Of a stretch of DNA of 64,000 bases, positions 50,400 through 62,314 are shown one piece after another. The translations under genes were made by a program, and so were the position numbers. Each line of letters starts with the position of its first letter. Within the stretch, counting starts at the first letter, position 1. The stretch is from positions 19,470,001-19,534,000 of the forward strand of contig CM052816.1 in NCBI GenBank assembly GCA_028534125.1, read 5' to 3'. The stretch comes from Lama glama (Eukaryota). The notes below the pieces were generated by a model, which saw only the letters and a list, made by a program, of their open reading frames with translations, was not told the origin of the DNA and did no database searches.

Positions 50400-51790
50400 C
50401 AAGGTCCAATGTTTTGATTCCCTCCTTGCACACACCCCTAGCTCCCTTTCCCCCGTTCCTCCGTAGCACTAATCTGGCAAAAGCTCAGCCCTTGTTAAGC
50501 GCAGCCATGCACCTACTCCAAGCTTGTGTCCAAGCAGCTGAACGTGGCTAGCCAAAACACACAAAATCTTCACTTTAAATATCTGACCATAAATCTCCAG
50601 TGACACTGAGAACTGTCCAGCAACCCACCACATTTCACCAGTTCTTTTACTGTCTCAGTCTCTAAGAGGACTATTTCACCCCTTATCCTATCTTTCCACA
50701 TCTCCAATGCTCCTCCCTCCCACCCAACTCATTCCCAATTGATGACCTCACTGAAAAAAAAAAAGGAAGCAAGTAGAAGAGAACTACCTCTTCCTCCCTG
50801 GACAAACACAGCACCGGACCTGCATCTGGACACATACACCCAGCCTTCTTTCCTGTCTCAACAGGCATCCCACGCCTGTGCCTCCTCCTGTCCTCTTTTG
50901 CTGATCTGGGTCTTTGCACTCACCACTATCCCCTCTGACAGCTCTCAGACTGTTACCTCCAGCCTGAACTCTGACCTCATGTGCCCAACTGCTGATCTGT
51001 TATCACTACACAGATGACTAATCAGTACCTGAAACTGACATGTCCAAAACAGGAGTCTGAAGTCCCCACCCTGCCCTCCACCCCACTCCCCAGCTAAGGA
51101 AATAATACCAACAGCACCACCCTTTACCCTACCGCTTGAACCAATCCTTGGGATCATCCTTGACCCTCCCCTTGCCCTCTATCCAATGTAACAGCAAATC
51201 TTGACAGCTCTATCTTCAAAATAAATGAGGAACCCCATATTTCTCTCCATCCCACTGCTACCTCACAGTCTCCCGCCATCTCTTGCCAAGTCTCCCGTGA
51301 CAGCAACCCACGCCGTCTGCCCACTTCCACTCTCGCCCTCCCACCATCAGTACACAGCAGAACAGCAGGGTGATCTTTCTAGAACACAAACCAAATCACA
51401 ACACTTCTCTACTTGAAATCCTCCACGAGCTTTCCTTCACAGGATAAAACCCAGACTCCTGGCCCCGGCGACAAGGCTGCAGTGCTCCGGGCCCTCCGTC
51501 TCCTCAGCCTCTTCTCCCTTCCCAACCCAAGCAATGGCCTCTTGGCGCTCCCTCAGTCGCTGAGATCACTCCTGCTCCAGGAACCCTGTACTCACTGCTT
51601 GCTGCACCTGCAGCACTTTTCCTTCGGGCCTTAACACGTGAGCTCCCCCACATTATTCCAGCCTCAGATTTCCCCTCCCCAAAGAGGCCTTGCCAGCTCA
51701 GTCTGTCTTGAAAAGTGTGCTCCACCCCCATCATTCTCCATTCAATGTCCTACTTTATTCTTCCTCATGACTTATCACTACCTGTGAAGT
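50400..51790. mobile_element. L2 LINE remnant
   Basis: C/T-rich L2-like text (tccagcctgaactctgacct; acctgaaactgacatgtccaaaac; ctctatcttcaaaata; gtgatctttctagaacacaaa). Confidence 0.7.
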
Positions 51791-51996
51791 TAAATTATTT
51801 CCATATACATATGAAGAAAGACTAGAAAAGAAAAAAAAGATGAAAGCAGTTGCAATGAGAAAATCTTTTATTTGAGCCATCCTATTTTAACATTTTCTAT
51901 CATTGCTTTGTAATAAAAAACAATACCTTTTCAGTCCTAAATGAAAGATAAGTGAGGCTCTATCAGTGTCAGAGGGTCAGAAGTCTACACATTGGT

Positions 51997-52611
51997 TGTG
52001 AAAAAGAGAAAAGCAGCCCCTGCCACCTGGGAGCCACCTGGCCTGGCCTATCACCTGGGCCTTGGGGTTGCTAAGGCCCGGCTCTCACACCTAGGCCTTG
52101 CTGTTGAACATAAACATCAACTTCAGACAAGGCCATCCTGTGACCGTGAAGAATTAAGACAAAAACAAGACCACTCCTGTCACAATTACTGTAACCATTA
52201 CAACAACATAGTGTAATACAGAGTATTACAGATACATTCCGCAATGATATCTCAACACAGACAAAATATGAACACCCTCCTCTCTCGGTTAATCGGTGAC
52301 TGTTGCTTCTTTACCGATTTCAGCTTTGTCCCCACTTTAGTCCGTTCTCCCTGTAGGTAAGGTTTATTAAAATAGTGAATCATAGAAAAACCCTTTTTCT
52401 GACAGCATCCAAACCAGAGCCAAGCCCTGATGCCTTAAAAAGTCCCAAATCACTACCACAAGCCCAAATCCTCAGTCTTTGCAACATCGTCTTTCTGAGA
52501 CACCTCACAGTTCCCTACGGTGTGCATTCTCCCTCACTGCAACAAGCCATCAGCCCAACCTGTTCCACTAGTGGTGTGTTCCTGGTGGTCTCTGGCTGGT
52601 GGACACTGACA
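51997..52611 (+). mobile_element. Old ERV solo LTR (ERVL-like; subfamily not named with confidence)
   Basis: ~615 bp bounded by TG...CA (tgtgaaaaagagaaaagcagccc ... gtgttcctggtggtctctggctggtggacactgaca), resembling recalled ancient eutherian LTR consensus text. Confidence 0.7.
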
Positions 52612-54192
52612 GTTGTCACGACATCAGCTGCCATTAGAGGCCACCGTCCATGACTGCAGAAGTCATGGGAGCCTGGCTGGAAAACTGACCCCAGGATATA
52701 ATCTCAGTGCTGGTTCTCTGAATACATTCCCTGACATGGGTTGATGTTCTTGTCATCTGCCTCTTTCTTCTAAAAGCTGAGTGAAAGGGGGGGTGAAAAA
52801 AGTCAAGTTAACTAAATGTCCTAGTGAAGAACGTCACAAGTAATCAAGGATGCCCTGCACAGCTTCCCTTCCCTGCCATTTCCGAAAGTACCCTGAGCAC
52901 CAGATTAGAGTGGGGCTGGACGACTGACTCACAGGCAGAGCCTGAGGCAATGCTGCTCAAGTACTTTAAGCCACATGTTCAAGCCCAATAAATTAGCCCA
53001 GGCTTAAAGAAGTCAGGCTATACACATGTAAGAATTTTAATAAGCTTGGAAAATGCTACCTAGAGCTTATGCACAAGCTTACTGTACCAATGGGACTCCC
53101 TGCCACCAGCCACAGAGTGCTAAGCCCCTGACAAGAGCCGTCGAGCACGTGGGGCAGCAGGGACAAGGAGTCGGCTTGGTCCAGGTTCCCTCAGGAGTTA
53201 GAGACACAGCAGAAGGCTGGCAGCCAGATGGATGGAGAGTAGAGTAGGGCATGCAGCTCAGTGGAGCCAACAGCATTTACTAGGAAAACATGCCGAAGGT
53301 TTCTTTAGTGAAAATCTGGTCCACACACACCCTTCCAGAAACTAGCAAACACTGTAATCAATGTCTGCATTTATCAAATGCTTGTGTGTACCCAGAACTG
53401 TGTTAGGTACAATAGAGAGTTATTTAAGCAAACATGGTCTCTGCCTTCTAGATGCTGACACCTAATATAAATAAAAACAATAAATCTGTCCAGAGGATTA
53501 CCAAACTAACTGAACAAACACGAAATAGTCTAAAGCACTGACCTTATATAAATGCAATGGAGTTGGAACTGAAGGGTAAGTCATGGGAGATGACTCTCTA
53601 AACAGGGTGGGGCCCTAAAGGAATAGTTACCCTGTGAGGGCTGAGTCTCCAAAGCGAGGCCAGCTTTTAAAAGCTTCCAGGGCTGGCTATTGGGCTTGGA
53701 GAAAATGAGCCAATCAGAGAAGAGGGTGCAGCCTGGGAGATGATTTAGAGACAGAAATACAAGCACAGGGAGAACGAAAACTTGACAACCATCCAAGAAA
53801 AGTAGGGGAAATCAGTCAAGCAGGTGTATGTTTCTCAACTGCTTTTACTCATGCTTCCTTTTGATAAATATAAAAAGCTCACACTCTCTTTTAATGTTAT
53901 TTACAATTTGAAAGAAAATTAATCTCATAACCAACACCAAATCAAAGGAATACTGCTTTCACAATCTGACATCCCAAATAACCAACCATCTCCTTTCCCA
54001 AGAGCTGAGAAATGCCCAGCTGGGTGGTAGTAACTGTCAACAAGAATGGAGTAAGAATCATCGGATTCTTAAGGAAGGGAGGACTTGGATCCTGGATCTA
54101 CATGGGACCAGACAACCAATAGTATGAGAAAGAATTACAGCCTAAGGTGATAAAAATAGACCACGGCACTAGCAAGCATGTGTAATAATTAC

Positions 54193-54324
54193 CTGATTAA
54201 AATTTTTGAAAGAGAACTCTTTGTAGATGGCATCTCTCTCACTTAATTCTGACCATCCTGCTGCTTTAAGGTCAAGTATAACTTGGTTCCTCTCTTCTGC
54301 TGTCAACCAGTGAGCATCTGTTGA
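54193..54324 (-). CDS. PCBD2: PCBD2 exon 2 (132 nt)
   Basis: ttttcag|TCA...CAG|gtaatt. Translates [44 protein letters not shown]. Not in the ORF track. Confidence 0.97.
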
Positions 54325-54833
54325 CTGAAAAGAACACACTTAATGTAAATGCAGAGGCTTAATTAAATTCAAATAAGCTTACAGCTCTTTACCTTACGTA
54401 GAAATGTAGGGAAAAAAGTCTTAAGGGCAACAATTTCTTACCATTTTTGGTTCCTCTGTTCTCAAAATACAAAATTCTTAAAAACCAGACAAAAACAAGG
54501 CTAGCTCTGTACTGCCTCCATGGTACCTGGGCTCATCATCCCCTACAGCTGCTTCAAATTTTACAATTCAGGAACTGGTTTATTAGACACAGCTGAGATT
54601 GTCCATTTGGTCATCTCACCAAAGACAATCACCAGCGGCCGGCATTCCAGGACTTGGCAAACTGAGGAAACACACCCACCCAAGGAAACCCTCCAAGCCC
54701 GTTGGCAAAAATCACAATTAGAACTCAGGGCTCTCAATGCTGGTCTACTGCTCTTTGGATGGTCCCACACCACCTTAGCATCTTCAGTCCTTATCACGTG
54801 GGTCTCAACTATCTGGGTTCACCATTGCTTTTC

Positions 54834-55360
54834 TTTTTTTTTTTTTTGACATATTTTGATAGACTCTGTTTTTTTAGAGCAGTTTCAGGTTCGCAACAGA
54901 ATTGAGCAGAAAATACAAAGAGTTCACACATAGCCCTCCCCACCCACACATATATACTCCCCTATCCTCAACATCCCTCATCAGTGTGGCACATTTGGTA
55001 CAATCGATGAACCAACATGGGCACATTATTATCAACCAAAATCTAGAGTTTACATTAGGGTTCACTCTTGATGTTGTATATTCTATGGATTTTGACAAAT
55101 GCATAATGACATGTAGCCACCACTATAGTAGCCTACAGAATAATTTCATTGCCCTAAAAATCCCTTGTGCTCCATCTATTCATTCCTCCCTCCCTCCCTC
55201 TCCCCAAACCCCTGGAAACCATGATCTTTCTATTGTTTCTGTAGCTGTGCAATTTCCAGAATGTCATTTGGTTGGAATTGTACAGTTTGTAGCCTATTCA
55301 GACTGGCTTCTTTCATTTAGTAATATGTCTTTTAAGTTTCTTCTATGTCTTTCAAGGCTT
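54834..55360 (-). mobile_element. Old L1 (L1MC-like) 3'-end fragment, copy B
   Basis: Poly-T followed by L1M 3' UTR text. 54878-55152 aligns without gaps to 53-327. Confidence 0.8.
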
Positions 55361-55489
55361 CACATATCTTCTTTTTTTTTTTACTGCACATATATTTTTT
55401 AATTTACATATATGTACTGTTTGTTGTTTCTAAGAACGTTTAGCTTTTTAAACTTATATAGTTATCAAAGAAATAAAGCCAACCACAAA

Positions 55490-56040
55490 ATAAGAATCAA
55501 TTCAAAAAATACATACACCCTGCTATTAGCAGCAATATTATTTATAATTGCCAAGATATGGAAGCATCCTAAGTGCACATCAATAATTGAATAGATAGAT
55601 AACGGAGATGCAGCATATATACATATATATATACACACATACATATATATAATGAAATACAACTCACCCATAAAAAAGGATATTTTTGCCATTTGTGGCC
55701 CTTCATTCACTTTTTTTTTCCACTTCAAAAACCAGAATTTTATAACTGGCAGAGACATTTCCATTACATCAAAAACAACAAAATACCTAGAAATAAACTT
55801 AACCAAGGAGGTTACCTATATACTCTGAAAACCAAAATGATGCAAAGAAATGGAAAGATTTCTTGTGCTCTTGAATTGGAAGAATCAATACTATCAAAAT
55901 GGCCACACTACCCAAAGCAACCCACAGATCCAACGCAACCGCCATCAAACTACTCGTGACATTCCTCACAGAACTAGAACAAACAATTCCAAAATTTATA
56001 AGGAATTACAAAAGACCCCGAACAGCCAAAGCAATCTTTT
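55490..56040 (+). mobile_element. Two L1 ORF2 fragments
   Basis: 55490-55700 resembles the ORF2 terminus (LFIIAKIWKHPKC). 55740-56040 resembles a more upstream ORF2 part ([26 protein letters not shown]). Confidence 0.8.
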
Positions 56041-57329
56041 GTAGGTCTCTTCTTTTTTTCCCTCTTTCTTCTTTTTGTTCTCTTTTCTTATGGTTTGATG
56101 ACTAGACTATCGCTTTTCAATTTTAACAGAAACCAATCCCGAGAGAGGAAAAAACAAATGCCCATTTACAGGGAATTTTGTCTAATAACTTTTGGGTGTC
56201 CACAGACCCTTTGAACTATAGGTAAAAAGCCACGAGGCCTTGCCTTGGTGGAGTTTTCTCAGAACACCAGTAAGACAAACTCCCTCCACAGTCTGGCCAG
56301 AGCACAGCCCAGTCCGGAGCATACCCTGATGTACCCAAACCCAGAGTTCTGCTGGTTATCAGGCCCACTCTTCCCATGCTATTTGTTAACTGGAAGCAGT
56401 CTAAACGGCATGTCAGAGAGAAGAAAAGGACACTCCAGGAAAAGTCAGAAGAGCTCTGTTCTCATTCTGGCCTATGTGCCAACGAACACCTCCTGCCTTA
56501 CCCACTGGCAGTGCTACCGGGGGTCAGGGGAGGGATGGACCGGCACCCAGAAAGACTGAACCAATGTGAGGGCTCCTTATCAAAGGGGCAACAGAGGGCT
56601 GAGCTGACTCTACCATGCAACTGCAACTCATTCCCACTTCAGAAATCCAAAAACCCTTTATCATTGACATCAATGTAAGTAATAAGGTAAAGTAAGCTCA
56701 TTTGAAGACAATTTATTCTATGAAGAGGGGGAAAGGATGCTAATGAGTCAATTTTCTAGGTCCTCTTCCTCATGAGGTCAGCTACCTTTCCCCATAACTA
56801 ACAAAAGAGAAAATGACAACACCTCTTAAATAACAACTTTAAAGGCTTCTTATCAAACCCATTTATTATTAAAAACTAAAGTACCTATCCATTAGTTTTA
56901 CAATGACAGTTCTGAAAATTGTCACACAAAGACCCACTATAGGAAATAATCTAAAATTGCTACTAAACACTTAAATATTTTAAGTCAACTCAGAGCATTT
57001 TGGAAAAGAAACAGAACTATCATTGAGTAGCTGCAAAGAAAACTAGTAACCATGCTTTGGGTAATGCAGCAGTCACCAGGAGTCCACTAGGAGCACACTC
57101 TGAGCTGTTTTCTTCTGCTCTCCACCATCCACATTCCCAGTGAGGTCAATGATACGTTACTCTGTGCTCACCACACGTCTGCCCAGGAACAGGGATCATG
57201 TACTGTGAAATGGAGTCACTTCACCTACACAACACAGAAGGCCCCCTTGGCGAAATACCCTCTGCAGAACACTTTGTGACAGACTTAATTTTTTTTCTGC
57301 AGGAGTTGTGGGGAACGACAGGGAAACGC

Positions 57330-57530
57330 ACAGGATTTGGAGAGTAATCTGGATTCAAGACCTAGCTTTGCTACTTTCAGCTATGGATGCTGAATAAATC
57401 ACTTAAACCTCCCTGAATAGCAGTGTTCTCATGTCTCTGTAGGAATATAACAATATCCACCTGCCAAGGTTTTCAAAAGGCTAAAAGATATCTTGAGTGT
57501 AAAGGCTGCCAGCATAGAGCCTGGCACGTG
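57330..57530. mobile_element. MIR SINE
   Basis: ctggattcaagacctagctttgctact...aaatcacttaaacctccctgaa...agcatagagcctggcacgtgg. Confidence 0.7.
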
Positions 57531-57744
57531 GCAGCCACTCCATCACATCTGTTTATTCATTTCTCCCCAAATCCCACACTTTTACTTGAGCACCAGCACC
57601 CTAGAGTGGTATAAGTATGACTTGGGACACACCTAGGTGACAGTAAGCACTCAACTTGTGTTCTCACCTTAATGCCCACGAAGAAGAGTGCTTATCTTCT
57701 CCATCACCGATTTATTTTAGATTTCTTCTATTAAGGAATTTTAG

Positions 57745-57876
57745 TGGGAGAGGGTATAGCTCAGTGGTAGAGTGCATGCTTAGCATGCACAAGGTCGTAG
57801 GTTCAATCCTCAGTGCCTCTATTTAAATAAATAAATAGACCAAATAAAATTACCCCCGCAACCCTCCCCGCCAAAA
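57745..57876 (+). mobile_element. tRNA-Ala-derived SINE (camelid vic-1-like)
   Basis: gggagagggtatagctcagtggtagagtgcatgcttagcatgcacaaggtcgtaggttcaatcctcagtgcctc with A and B boxes, A-rich tail, and TSD core gaatttta on both sides. Confidence 0.9.
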
Positions 57877-57952
57877 AGAATTTTAAATAGCCAAATGGGC
57901 TCTTAACGAGCAATTTAAGAAAATGAAATGGTGAGTTTAATGCAACGTTTTC

Positions 57953-57967
57953 CCACTAGATGGTGCT
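57953..57967 (+). promoter_or_regulatory. Candidate CTCF site
   Basis: CCACTAGATGGTGCT closely fits the CTCF core CCASYAGRKGGCRS. Located next to the CpG island. Confidence 0.55.
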
Positions 57968-58517
57968 ATATGCTAAAACTTTCCCTCACGTTAACTTACC
58001 CCCAAAATGCTCATTTCTAAAGCAAGGGAGAGGACGGGACGCCCCTCGAAAGAGGAAAGAAGTGTCACCAAAAAGATAATTTATTAGTAATTCCTCCAAA
58101 AGATTAACACTAAGACATATGAGTTAATTCGAGATTCAGTCTCCCCCGTTTACAGCGAGCGCGCTGAGAGGGAGACGGTGCCTGATCTCAGAGGACCGAA
58201 GAGCACCTTAAGTTACCTCAAGTGAAATATTTTCACAACCACTTTAAAAAACAAAACAAAAACAAAAGTCGTGCTCGCTTGTTTTCCAGCTGGCAATTTC
58301 GTAAACTGGGATTTTAAGCCAAAGGGAAACTAAAAGACGCTGCGGCCACTTTTATCTGCGACCAGCGCGTCGGGCAGGTGCGGGTGCCCGAAGGTGGCTA
58401 CCCAAAGTTGGCGCCCGAAGACCCGGCCCACTTCGGGGCCTGCCTGGGCCCCTCCGCCCCTCGGCCGGCACGGCGAGGCCTTGCCCTCCTCCCGCACCGC
58501 AGACCCTCGGCACTCAC

Positions 58518-58601
58518 CATGGCCGCGACTCTCTGGCTCCAGCCCCGCAGCGCCACGAACCAGCACCGCGTCGCCCCCCGCGCCCCCAGCGCCGCCGCCA
58601 T
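58518..58601 (-). CDS. PCBD2: PCBD2 exon 1 (84 nt coding): pterin-4-alpha-carbinolamine dehydratase 2 / DCoH2 N-terminal extension
   Basis: gctATGG at 58601 gives MAAALGARGATRCWFVALRGWSQRVAAM|gtgagt. The four exons total 84+132+81+96=393 nt = 130 aa plus stop, with all introns GT-AG and phase 0. Confidence 0.95.
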
Positions 58602-58820
58602 AGCCGCCGGCCGAGGGCTGTCCGGCGCGCTGCCTGCCCGCCGCCCGCGTCCCCGGCCCCCTCTCTGCGGGCCGGCCCTGAGCCAGGGGCCGTGCGGGCA
58701 GTTCCCAACCACGACCCAGGCGGTCCCGCATAGCCCGGCCCCCGTGCGCAGGCCCAGGAGAGGTCCGGCCCCGGAAGGCCCCGCAGAAGCTTCAATGGCC
58801 GGAAATTCTCCTGGCAGCCG

Positions 58821-58870
58821 GGCAGGCCCCCGCAGGCCCCCGCAGGCCCCCGCAGGCCCCCGCAGGCCCC
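58821..58870. repeat. 10-bp tandem repeat (CGCAGGCCCC)x5
   Basis: ggcaggcccc followed by four exact cgcaggcccc units. Confidence 0.95.
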
Positions 58871-61399
58871 TGCGCTGTCAGACCCCGCTCTGCGCGCCTT
58901 CCGCGTCAGCCGCGCCCAGGTGTGGCGTTTCCCGCCTGTGCGGGGTAGATAGGCGGCCTGGCGCCGCGCGGAGGCTGCACCTCGGGTTCGCTCTTCGATG
59001 TCCGTGCCTCGGTTGTCGCAGCTTCGCCGACGGTCTCACTGCGCTGGGCTCCCTCCTGGGCAGTGGAGCAGGAGGACTTCGCGGGCAGGGGCATCATCTC
59101 TTCCTAGAGATGAACTGCGCGCATGAAGAGGGGTGCTTGGGGTCCACTCCCCTCTGCCCGCGTTTGAGGGGCAGTGAATCATAGTGAGCCATAGTGATTA
59201 CAGCTCAGGGGGCCGTGGGTTCGTATGTAAGCTCTGCTTCGCTGCCAAGGCCCTGGGCAAACTGACTCATCGTCTTGCCTAGATAAAATAATTTGGAAAA
59301 CCTAGAGCAAAATGCTCCCTTAAAACTAGCACACGCATAGAACACAGTAGACAACCCGGAGATACATACTGGCAGATTTAGGTAAATTCTTTCGTTTCGT
59401 TTTGTTTTTTTTTTTTTTTTTGACAAAACGGATATTCTTTCTTGTATATATGTAAATTAACACCTTATTCTCTTACCATCTTTTTTTTCCTGAGATGTAA
59501 TTCACATACCATAGAATTCACCCTTTAAAGTGTACAATTCAGTGGTTTTCAGTATATTCACTTGTATTTTTTTTTTTACTAGTCTAAGCATAACAACAAG
59601 CAGTTTTGCAAAGGACAGCAATACACTCCAGAATTTTTTAAAGAATGAGAGTCCGTATAAGTTTAACTTAGCAGTTGCTAGCATTTGGTTTTATTTCCCA
59701 TGTGGACTTGAAAAACATAAAGCCTTTTTACCTAAAATTCATATTTATGGTCCAACTCATCTTCCTGGCTTTTGCCCACTTAATGAAAACTCAGCAGAGG
59801 AATCTTGCTATAGACCTTGATCAAATGTCACTGGTCTCAAGGCATTTATCTGAGACATTCTGGTTTCCTTGGCCTGATGGGTTAGGTTGACAGAGACTAG
59901 GGATGGAATTAGAGGTTGTATTTCCAATACTTACACTGGGTGTTTAGGCTCATGAAAAATCCTCTACATACTTGCTCATTAAAGTGAGAACTGAAAAATG
60001 AACTGGTGGTTGCGAGGTAACAAGTCAGAGATTCCTCATCATTTTCCCTAGTTTGACTTCATCATTTTCCTTCCCTGATGCCACTGTAGAAGACTGGCAT
60101 CTCAGTTCATCATGAGAGCAGCAGCAGCAGGATGCCAGTTAGGGCCCAGGGGAACTGATGTCCCAACAATAGGGGCTGTGAATGCTCTGCCCTCACATGT
60201 AGTTCTCTTAATAGGATTTAAGTCCCTTAGCAAAGATTTACTGGGCACGGCCTCTGTAGTGGACACTGTTGGGCAAGACGGTCTCCTTCTCAGTCTTTCA
60301 TGTCCTGCTTGACCACAGAATAGGCCTTGGGCCTGGAACACTTCCTTATCCAAAGAGCCCTCACAGCCTGTGCCAGGCTTATCAGCTTGTGTGGGAATAT
60401 CCTTCCCTGTTTCACACTGAATGTGTGCTCCTTTGTTCTGCTTAAGCATGTGTATCAGTGGCCTTGGCACCCCCACTTCCCAATTTCAGTACTTCAGACT
60501 CTGTCGGGGAGGGGGAGGGAGTCTTCTGATCTGGCACTAAAGGGTGCTCTTTGGCTGTATGCTGGAGGTGGGAGGCACCCATGGGCCATGAAGGACCTAT
60601 GCACACTACTGGAGCTGATCTTGCTGCCTCTTCTCTGTGTGAGTTCCATCCGGTGCTTGACCATGTTGTTTTCCTTGGCAACTCTGATACCAAAAAGTCA
60701 TGGACAGAAATGTCTGGACTTGTCTCTGGTGGCTGGCACTGTGATGATCTTTGCAATCCTCCGTGTAGTTGCAGTCCCCTTTTGGCGTTGGTTCCTGGTG
60801 CACGGTGTTCTTCTCAACAGACATCATGTTTGGCTTGGGATGGCTTAGCTAGTCTTGGACCACTTCCACTTCCTTCACCCTTCCCTCAACACCAGTGCTT
60901 CCTGCTGTCCCTCTGTACTTGAACCTCCCTTCCAGGGAACAGCCCTGCTCTACATTTCCCTCCAGGGGAACCCCATGTACCTTGCCTCAGCTAAATGTCA
61001 GCAGCAAAGACATGGACCTGTTGGTCATCCTGGGAGATTTTGCTCACCCTCTAGACTAGAATAGGGCCCCATGACATATCAGACAATATGAAAATTCTTG
61101 TATCTTTGATAGGGTAACTCCCTATCAAATCTGCCCCCGAGGAAATTAGACTATATGTACCACCATAAATCTAGCCAAAGAGGACGGGTTAGGTAACTAA
61201 TGCTGAACTACTCAGGCCTATTATGTAGCCATGATTAAAAACTATTACCAACAGTGAAATAGTTATCATTTGTTAAGCAAAAGGGGGAGAAAAAGAGCTA
61301 TATCATGACTACAAGTATGGGAAACACACATAAGAGAAAGACTAGAGTGGCATCTGGTGGTCACCTGGGCCATGGCATACAGGCAGGACAGGGTTCCAA

Positions 61400-61780
61400 C
61401 CCACATAGAGGCTCTGGGGTCAGAATGCTTAGGTTTGAAGATAGGTTCCACACTGGAAGCTGTAGGACCAAGAGCAAGTTATTTAGGGCCTCATTTACTC
61501 TTTTACTAAACAGGACATATAATAGTAGTGTCAGTCTGAGGGCTGTAGTACAGATAAATGAAATAGTAGACGTCAAGCGCTTAAAAGAGTACCTGGCACA
61601 CAGATAGTAATATGTTAGTTATGGTAAGAGATGGAATTACTAGAGTTTTTTCTCTTGTATTTGTCACTACAGATAAACACACATGTAAAGTTTCAAATTC
61701 CAGCTCATCAACATACTATGTGTGTAACCTGGGTAAGTTATCTAACCTCTATATGCCTTAGCTTGCCCACTATTAAGCTG
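61400..61780. mobile_element. MIR remnants
   Basis: ggctctggggtcagaatgcttaggtttga...gtacctggcacacagatag; tgtaacctgggtaagttatctaacctct. Confidence 0.7.
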
Positions 61781-62308
61781 GAATGGTAATATACAGAGCC
61801 ATGGTCCCCTCCTGCCAGTGACCACCCCGGCCAAAGCTGCTGTCCACAGCATGACACATCAAGTTGTAAACTCCCATCCAGTGTCACCCTCTGAGGAGAT
61901 GCACACATCCAAGGTTCTATTTTCATAGCACTCTGGATGCCTTAGGAAATGAACTGTTTTGTCTAAAGCTCTGGAAATGATCAGTATAAAAGCAGTTTAT
62001 CATGATGTAGTCAGCTGTCATACTGGATTTTAAGGGATTTTTAGAAACAGCTTTTCAAAAAGTTTATGTAAACTACATGCTGTCTCTCTTCTCCATGTGT
62101 TCTAGACGAGACTAGAAGCAACTTGTGGGCAAGAACAGTATTTTTAATTTCTTTTGGCTCTCACTAAACCTCGCAGAGTGCTCAGAACATTTTAAGATTC
62201 AGTTAATGCATGCTGATTAACATCAGTCTTACCCAGAAACAACTTCTTAAACCACTTTGAATCCTTTTAGTGAAATCAGAGATCACATACACCAAGGTAT
62301 TTGACTCC

Positions 62309-62314
62309 TTTATT
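62309..62314 (-). terminator. TXNDC15: Candidate TXNDC15 polyadenylation signal AATAAA
   Basis: tttatt on the + strand, ~520 nt past the stop codon. Confidence 0.4.

Larger units (their letters stand above)
58330..59170. promoter_or_regulatory. PCBD2: CpG island / PCBD2 promoter
   Basis: Abruptly GC- and CpG-rich. Contains a GC box (ctccgccc, ~58452) and PCBD2 exon 1. Confidence 0.93.

Noticed and set aside
15337..54192. Large NUMT, as recalled for the human PCBD2 intron
   Set aside because: I saw no mtDNA-like gene or tRNA sequence in this intron and no ND/CYTB-like peptides in the ORF track.
54902..55402. 166-aa ORF, and twin 76-aa ORFs at 49-279 and 54874-55104 that look like paralogous genes
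   Set aside because: They lie within L1 3'-UTR-derived sequence. The similarity reflects the DNA duplication, not coding constraint.
57750..57820. Possible tRNA-Ala(AGC) gene (also ~11305-11376)
   Set aside because: Mispaired stems, a non-tRNA A-rich tail and TSDs mark these as SINEs.
58378..59184. 268-aa + strand ORF and other overlapping ORFs in the CpG island
   Set aside because: Low-complexity Pro/Arg/Ala/Gly translation with a GTG start. It runs through the 10-bp tandem repeat and is antisense to PCBD2 exon 1. Stop depletion is expected in very GC-rich DNA.
60500..60830. Faint ATP6V1F-like words (VEKNT, KEHP) on the minus strand
   Set aside because: The spacing does not fit and the intervening sequence does not match, so probably coincidence.
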